A DNA stretch of 32,000 nucleotides from Candidatus Saccharimonadota bacterium (GTDB lineage Bacteria > Pseudomonadota > Alphaproteobacteria > Rickettsiales > Anaplasmataceae): positions 210,001-242,000 of the forward strand of contig NZ_CP046579.1 of NCBI RefSeq assembly GCF_013365475.1, given 5' to 3'. A model generated the notes under the pieces. The model searched no databases, had not been told where the DNA came from, and worked only from the letters and a program-made list of their open reading frames with translations. How positions within the stretch are numbered: the stretch's first letter is position 1; every line of letters starts with the position of its first letter. The position numbers and the translations under genes were made by a program. Shown here piece after piece: positions 27,651 to 32,000 of the stretch.

Positions 27651-27662
27651 TCTATAAAAATT

Positions 27663-29024
27663 TTACTTACCTACGCAAAAGTTATTAAATATATTGCTCA
27701 ATATTTCTTCAGTATTAATAGTTCCTGTTATTTCGCTAAGTTCTGATGCAGCGAGTCTTAAATCTTCAGATATCATCTCAATTGGGTTATCTATACTGAA
27801 GCGTTGCAAATGTTCCATAGCTCTCTGCATGCAATTTCTATGTCTTTGTCTTGTAATTACAGGCATATCTCTATCGTAGCCAAATTTTTTCTCTACTTTT
27901 TCTTTAATTACAGAAATAAGCCTCTCTGTACCTGTTCTTTTAAAAATGGAAATAGGTAAAAAATCTATATCGTTGATCCTTATATCAGAATCATCTACAA
28001 TATTGTCAGCTTTGCTTAGTACATAAATAGTATCTTGACTTTGTTCCATAAGTGAAATTGATTCTGAAATATGTTTTTTAGTTTTAGTTTGTGTAATAGC
28101 AGAACTATATGAGAATAGCTCTATTTTTAGATCTGCTTCACAAGACCTTTTTTTTGCTCGAATTATACTTTCCAATTCTATTGGATCTGAACTTTCACGA
28201 ACTCCAGCAGTATCAGAAAGGATGATCGGGTATCCACCAATGTCAATATGGGCTTCAAGTACATCTCTTGTTGTGCCTGCATATTTAGAAACAATAGCAA
28301 TGTCGCGTTTGGCAAGGAAGTTAAATAACGTTGATTTTCCAACATTTGGTTTGCCAGTTATTACAATATGTAACCCTTCTCGCAATCTTTCGCCACGCCT
28401 GTTATCATTTAAATGCAATTGTATTGACTGCATAAGAGCCTGCACCTCATTATTGACTTTTTCTAGTTCATTACTTTCTATTATAATATCTTCTGGAAAG
28501 TTTATATATGCTTCGATTTTGGATTGCATAATTATTAATCTCTGCTTCCAACTATTAGAAAGCTTTTCTAATTCTCCTGAAACCTGCCTAATTGCTTGTC
28601 TAGCTTGTGTTTTTGTTTCAGCATTAATTAGATCTGCGATTCCTTCTGTTTTAGTTAAATCAAACTTGTGATTTAGAAAAGCTCTAAGTGAAAACTCTCC
28701 AGGTTTCGCCATAACAAAAATTTTTGATAACTCTTCTAAGATGATTTTTATAATTGCTTTGCTTCCATGTACTTGTAACTCTATGATATCCTCACCAGTG
28801 AAGCTGCTTGGGGCCGGAAAATGAATGATTATTCCATTGTCAATCAATTGGCCTGAATCATCATATAGATCAACTAAAGTAGCGAATCTTGGCTTGATAT
28901 TTTTCTTAATATGAAAATGGCTTAAAGCTTTAAGTGCATGGTTACCTGAAATTCTGATTACTGCAATACCTGACTTACCAAACACTGTTGATAAAGCGAA
29001 AATGGTTTCGTTTCTGCTTGTCAT
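27663..29024 (-). CDS. mnmE: tRNA modification GTPase MnmE (TrmE)
   Basis: 453 aa. The N-terminus reads [23 protein letters not shown]-domain motifs are [12 protein letters not shown] and DTAGVRES. The C-terminal motif is CVGK. Confidence 0.95.
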   Translation of the reverse strand: MTSRNETIFALSTVFGKSGIAVIRISGNHALKALSHFHIKKNIKPRFATLVDLYDDSGQLIDNGIIIHFPAPSSFTGEDIIELQVHGSKAIIKIILEELSKIFVMAKPGEFSLRAFLNHKFDLTKTEGIADLINAETKTQARQAIRQVSGELEKLSNSWKQRLIIMQSKIEAYINFPEDIIIESNELEKVNNEVQALMQSIQLHLNDNRRGERLREGLHIVITGKPNVGKSTLFNFLAKRDIAIVSKYAGTTRDVLEAHIDIGGYPIILSDTAGVRESSDPIELESIIRAKKRSCEADLKIELFSYSSAITQTKTKKHISESISLMEQSQDTIYVLSKADNIVDDSDIRINDIDFLPISIFKRTGTERLISVIKEKVEKKFGYDRDMPVITRQRHRNCMQRAMEHLQRFSIDNPIEMISEDLRLAASELSEITGTINTEEILSNIFNNFCVGK

Positions 29025-29245
29025 ATATAAGTTAGTTCATTTTTATGAATATTATACATGAGAAATACAAATGCTTAATTTTGGAATACTTGAAATTCTT
29101 TGCTTGTTAATTTGTACTAATGTAACTTTGTGAAATTAATAAACTGGAATATTTATGAATTATTATAAAAATTAAGAATTACCACTGGCTGGTAGTAACT
29201 CAATATTTATTGTAGAATTTGTTGTTAACTGGATAATATCTCTTA

Positions 29246-30397
29246 ATGCATAAAATATTAATCTTATTATTGATAATATTACCAATTAGTTTGCCTGCAG
29301 TTGAGATTGAAATTATTGCAGATGTAAATGGTGAGCCGATTTCAAGCTTGGATATTGAAAAACGTGTTAACTTAATAAATTCATTGTTTGGTGTTATGGA
29401 TGGGAGAGAGTTAAGGATTCAAATTCTTAGACAGTTAATGGATGAAATTATCATTGTGGATGAGGCGCAAAGGTTAAATATAAAATTGAATAGTGAAGAG
29501 TTAAATAACGCTACCATATTGTTTTTAACTCAAAGCTTAAAAATTGAAAATGATGAAGTCGAGCAATACGTAAGGAAATACAATATAGATCTTGTTCTTT
29601 TAAAGAGACAGTTAGAGTGTCAACTATTGTGGAACAAAATTATTGAAACAAGAGTCATACCGTTTATCAATATATGCAACAAAGAAGTAAGAGATGTGAA
29701 GGAGCAAATGGAAAAACCTAATTATCTTATTATATTCCAAGAATTTACAATCCCTATCCGGAAAGATGAGAATTTTTATGATACTGCTAAAGATTTAGTG
29801 GAGAAGTTACGCAACGGTGATGTCAATTTTATTCTAGAGTCTCCGATAAAAATGCGTAAAATGACAGTTAATTTAAATCAGCTAAAAAGCAATCTCAGAA
29901 GCATTCTAGAAAGATTAGAAATTAATGATATAACAGGTCCAGTCAATATAAGTGAAGGCTATTATTCTGTTATAAAAGTGATAGATAAAATAAAACTTGA
30001 TTATGCACTATTGGAAAGTACTTTAGAAGTAAAACATATTATGGTTAGAGATTCAGAAAGTTTGTTGGATAATCTTAAGAAACAAAAGGTAAACTGTTTA
30101 AATTTTGATAAATTAGCAGATAGTCTTAATCTGCCAAATTCAAAGCAATTTGAAGTGAAAATGCGTAGTTTAAATCCTGATTTACAGGCTTTATTTAGTA
30201 AAACTGATATAGGTAGAATAGTGCGGTTTAGAGAAAACGGTACTACAAGGTTAATGATGTTATGTGGTATTAGAAATAATGTTGTAGATATAGAAAAAGT
30301 CAAACAACAGGTATATCAAAAGAAAGTTATGGCACAAGGCAACTTGTTGCTAGAGACTATTCGTAAAAATGCAGCTATCAGTTACAGATATGGATAG
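29246..30397 (+). CDS. SurA-like periplasmic chaperone with a degenerate parvulin (PPIase) domain
   Basis: 383 aa with a signal-like N-terminus (MHKILILLLIILPISLPA). The SurA N-domain pattern is IIADVNGEPISSLDIEKR...LRQLMDEIIIVDEAQRLNIKLNSEEL. The C-terminal region (LEVKHIMVRD...FDKLADSL...) resembles parvulin but lacks the GGDLG-type motif. Confidence 0.7.
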   Translation: MHKILILLLIILPISLPAVEIEIIADVNGEPISSLDIEKRVNLINSLFGVMDGRELRIQILRQLMDEIIIVDEAQRLNIKLNSEELNNATILFLTQSLKIENDEVEQYVRKYNIDLVLLKRQLECQLLWNKIIETRVIPFINICNKEVRDVKEQMEKPNYLIIFQEFTIPIRKDENFYDTAKDLVEKLRNGDVNFILESPIKMRKMTVNLNQLKSNLRSILERLEINDITGPVNISEGYYSVIKVIDKIKLDYALLESTLEVKHIMVRDSESLLDNLKKQKVNCLNFDKLADSLNLPNSKQFEVKMRSLNPDLQALFSKTDIGRIVRFRENGTTRLMMLCGIRNNVVDIEKVKQQVYQKKVMAQGNLLLETIRKNAAISYRYG

Positions 30398-30448
30398 TAG
30401 AATAGAAATTTCAAAGGTTGAAGTATAAATTTGCTGTTGGCATATGAG

Positions 30449-31048
30449 CTAAGCCTTCTTACCAATTACTACAACATTTTCACTTGGAAAGAAATAATTT
30501 GGTATAGCCATGTTTTTTGGTGCAGGTCCTCCAATCACTCGTCCTGATGTGTCATAGTATGAACCATGGCAAGGACAGAACCAGCCATTGCCATCTTTTG
30601 TAGGGTGATTGATTGGTACACATCCAAGATGAGTGCATATCCCTATCATGATTAACCATTCGTTTTTCCCCTTGTGTACCCTTTGCTCATCTGACTCAGG
30701 GTCTCTTAGATTTTCTATATCTACGGCTCTTGCAGCTTCAATCTCCTGCTTTGTACGTCTACGAATGAATATTGGTTTACCTTGCCATTTTACTTTCTTT
30801 TCTTGACCTTCTTGAATATCAGATAGATTAACTTCAACTGCATAGGTTGCTAAAACTTCAGCGGAAGGGCTCATAGACTTAATAAGTGGCCAAAATCCAC
30901 TTATAGCTCCTATGCTTGCCATAGCGCATGTGGTTAATGTTATGAAATCTCTTCTGCTCTTATTTTTAGCAGAGTCTTTAACAGAAAGTATTTTTTTGCT
31001 TTCCTTACTTACTTGTAATTTTTTACTTTTAGTTAGTTTCTTATCCAT
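30449..31048 (-). CDS. petA: Ubiquinol-cytochrome c reductase Rieske iron-sulfur subunit
   Basis: There is a Tat-type [10 protein letters not shown] motif with a TM anchor. The Rieske boxes are CTHLGCVP and CPCHGSYYD. The start is ambiguous: ATG 31048 (MDKKL, used here) or upstream in-frame ATG 31093 (MVFRLKCKH...). Confidence 0.9.
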   Translation of the reverse strand: MDKKLTKSKKLQVSKESKKILSVKDSAKNKSRRDFITLTTCAMASIGAISGFWPLIKSMSPSAEVLATYAVEVNLSDIQEGQEKKVKWQGKPIFIRRRTKQEIEAARAVDIENLRDPESDEQRVHKGKNEWLIMIGICTHLGCVPINHPTKDGNGWFCPCHGSYYDTSGRVIGGPAPKNMAIPNYFFPSENVVVIGKKA

Positions 31049-31140
31049 CAATCTGTACTTAACTACATGTTTACATTTTAATCTAAATACCATAGATCAA
31101 TCAATAAAAAGTTGTACTTTTGCTTTTAGCTATACTGTAT

Positions 31141-32000
31141 CTAAGAAAAAATAGAACCTTCAATCTCGGAAATACTATTTTCAGTAGAGCTGTGATCTTC
31201 AATTTTTGCTACTGATACTACCTTTTCTTTGTTCTCTGTTTTAAATAGAGTAACTCCCTTGGTGCTACGTCCTGCAACTCTAATTTCATTCACTGAAATA
31301 CGAATTAATTTCCCTTTGTCTGTGATAAGCATTATATTATCATCATGCTCAACTGGGAAGCTAGCAATAACATTACCGTTTCTGTTAGTAGTAAGAATAT
31401 CAGTAATACCAAAACCTCCTCTGTTGGTTACTCTATACTCATACGCTGATGTTCTTTTGCCAAAACCATTTTCTGTAATAGTTAGTATGAACTCTTCATT
31501 AGTTGCTAACTTTAAGAATAATTCATTGCCTATTTCTAAGTCTTTCAGAGTTTTTTCTAATTTGGAACTAATAGAGTTACTGATCGCAGCTTCTAGCCTT
31601 TTTGTGAGTGGAACTTTTAAATAAAGTTCTTTTGTTTCTGTTGCTATTTCTATACCATTTAGTATGGTCATGGATATCACACTGTCATGTTTTGCAAGTT
31701 TTATGCCTCTTACACCATCTGAGTTTCTACCTTTAAATTGACGTACATCACTTATAACGAATCTAATACCTTTTCCAAACATTGTTGAAAGTAAAACATG
31801 ATCAGTTTCATTACATACTTTGACCGATATTAATTTATCTCCTTCATCCAGCTTTATTGCTATTTTCCCATTACTAGGAATGTAGTGAAAATCTGCTAAA
31901 GAGTTACGCCTTATATTTCCATGAGCAGTAGCAAAAACTATATTCTGATTTTCATCACTCTCGCCTGGCAGCGGCATTATATTTGTTATTGTTTCACTAT
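31141..32000 (-). CDS. gyrA: DNA gyrase subunit A, C-terminal domain (5' part outside the window)
   Basis: The minus-strand frame stays open to base 32000. It shows repeated beta-pinwheel blades of the GyrA C-terminal domain (DGVRGIKLAK, GRSTKGVTLFK, GFGKRTSAYEYRVTNRGG) and an acidic C-terminal tail. Confidence 0.93.
   Translation of the reverse strand, partial: SETITNIMPLPGESDENQNIVFATAHGNIRRNSLADFHYIPSNGKIAIKLDEGDKLISVKVCNETDHVLLSTMFGKGIRFVISDVRQFKGRNSDGVRGIKLAKHDSVISMTILNGIEIATETKELYLKVPLTKRLEAAISNSISSKLEKTLKDLEIGNELFLKLATNEEFILTITENGFGKRTSAYEYRVTNRGGFGITDILTTNRNGNVIASFPVEHDDNIMLITDKGKLIRISVNEIRVAGRSTKGVTLFKTENKEKVVSVAKIEDHSSTENSISEIEGSIFS

Noticed and set aside
28222-28671. 149-aa plus-strand ORF inside mnmE, together with the 61-aa ORF at 27694-27879
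   Set aside because: These are shadow ORFs antisense to mnmE and carry no recognisable motif.
31229-31624. 131-aa plus-strand ORF inside gyrA, and the 80-aa ORF at 30912-31154 across the petA start
   Set aside because: Both are antisense to well-supported genes, with Leu/Ser/Ile-rich shadow composition.
1-32000. CRISPR arrays, tandem repeats, IS elements, prophage or defence islands
   Set aside because: I saw no spaced direct repeats, no tandem arrays, no transposase/integrase/recombinase-like ORF and no terminal inverted repeats flanking any segment. The window is syntenic-looking core genome with decayed spacers.

Overview
This is a strongly AT-rich 32-kb stretch (judged by eye; GC not computed) of core chromosome. 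It comes from a reduced, obligate-intracellular alphaproteobacterium of the Rickettsiales/Anaplasmataceae type, Wolbachia- or Ehrlichia-like; the genus cannot be fixed without a database search. I call 23 protein-coding genes and one tRNA. In order they are: bamA (3' part), ompH/skp, fabZ, a large GltD/PyrK-type oxidoreductase, an MrpD/NuoN-like antiporter subunit, ffh, elbB-like, a 115-aa orphan, ispH, an APC amino-acid permease, a 138-aa basic orphan, asd, purK, apaG, trhO, topA, kefB-like, a CxxC thioredoxin-fold protein, tmk, tRNA-Ser(UGA), mnmE, a SurA-like chaperone, petA and gyrA (3' part). Every identifiable gene is housekeeping. I see no transposase, integrase, phage gene, CRISPR array, tandem repeat, toxin-antitoxin pair or recognisable defence gene. 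The main unusual feature is genome erosion. Six spacers of 0.4-1.7 kb (5314-6252, 9138-9575, 10734-11723, 12654-13662, 18164-19891, 23559-24465) hold no intact ORF but do hold frame-broken, partly hydrophobic reading-frame relics. The large oxidoreductase also appears truncated inside its FNR-like module. The other leads are all hypotheses: a thioredoxin-fold gene abutting kefB by 6 nt in the position KefF/KefG occupy in E. coli, an orphan palindromic terminator at 6108-6146, an antiporter-like subunit that seems to lack the conserved TM7 lysine, two lineage-specific small proteins, and retained wobble-U34 modification genes next to a tRNA-Ser(UGA). I did not find convincing evidence for a discrete new multi-gene system. 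Product calls rest on motifs read from the supplied translations, not on database searches.
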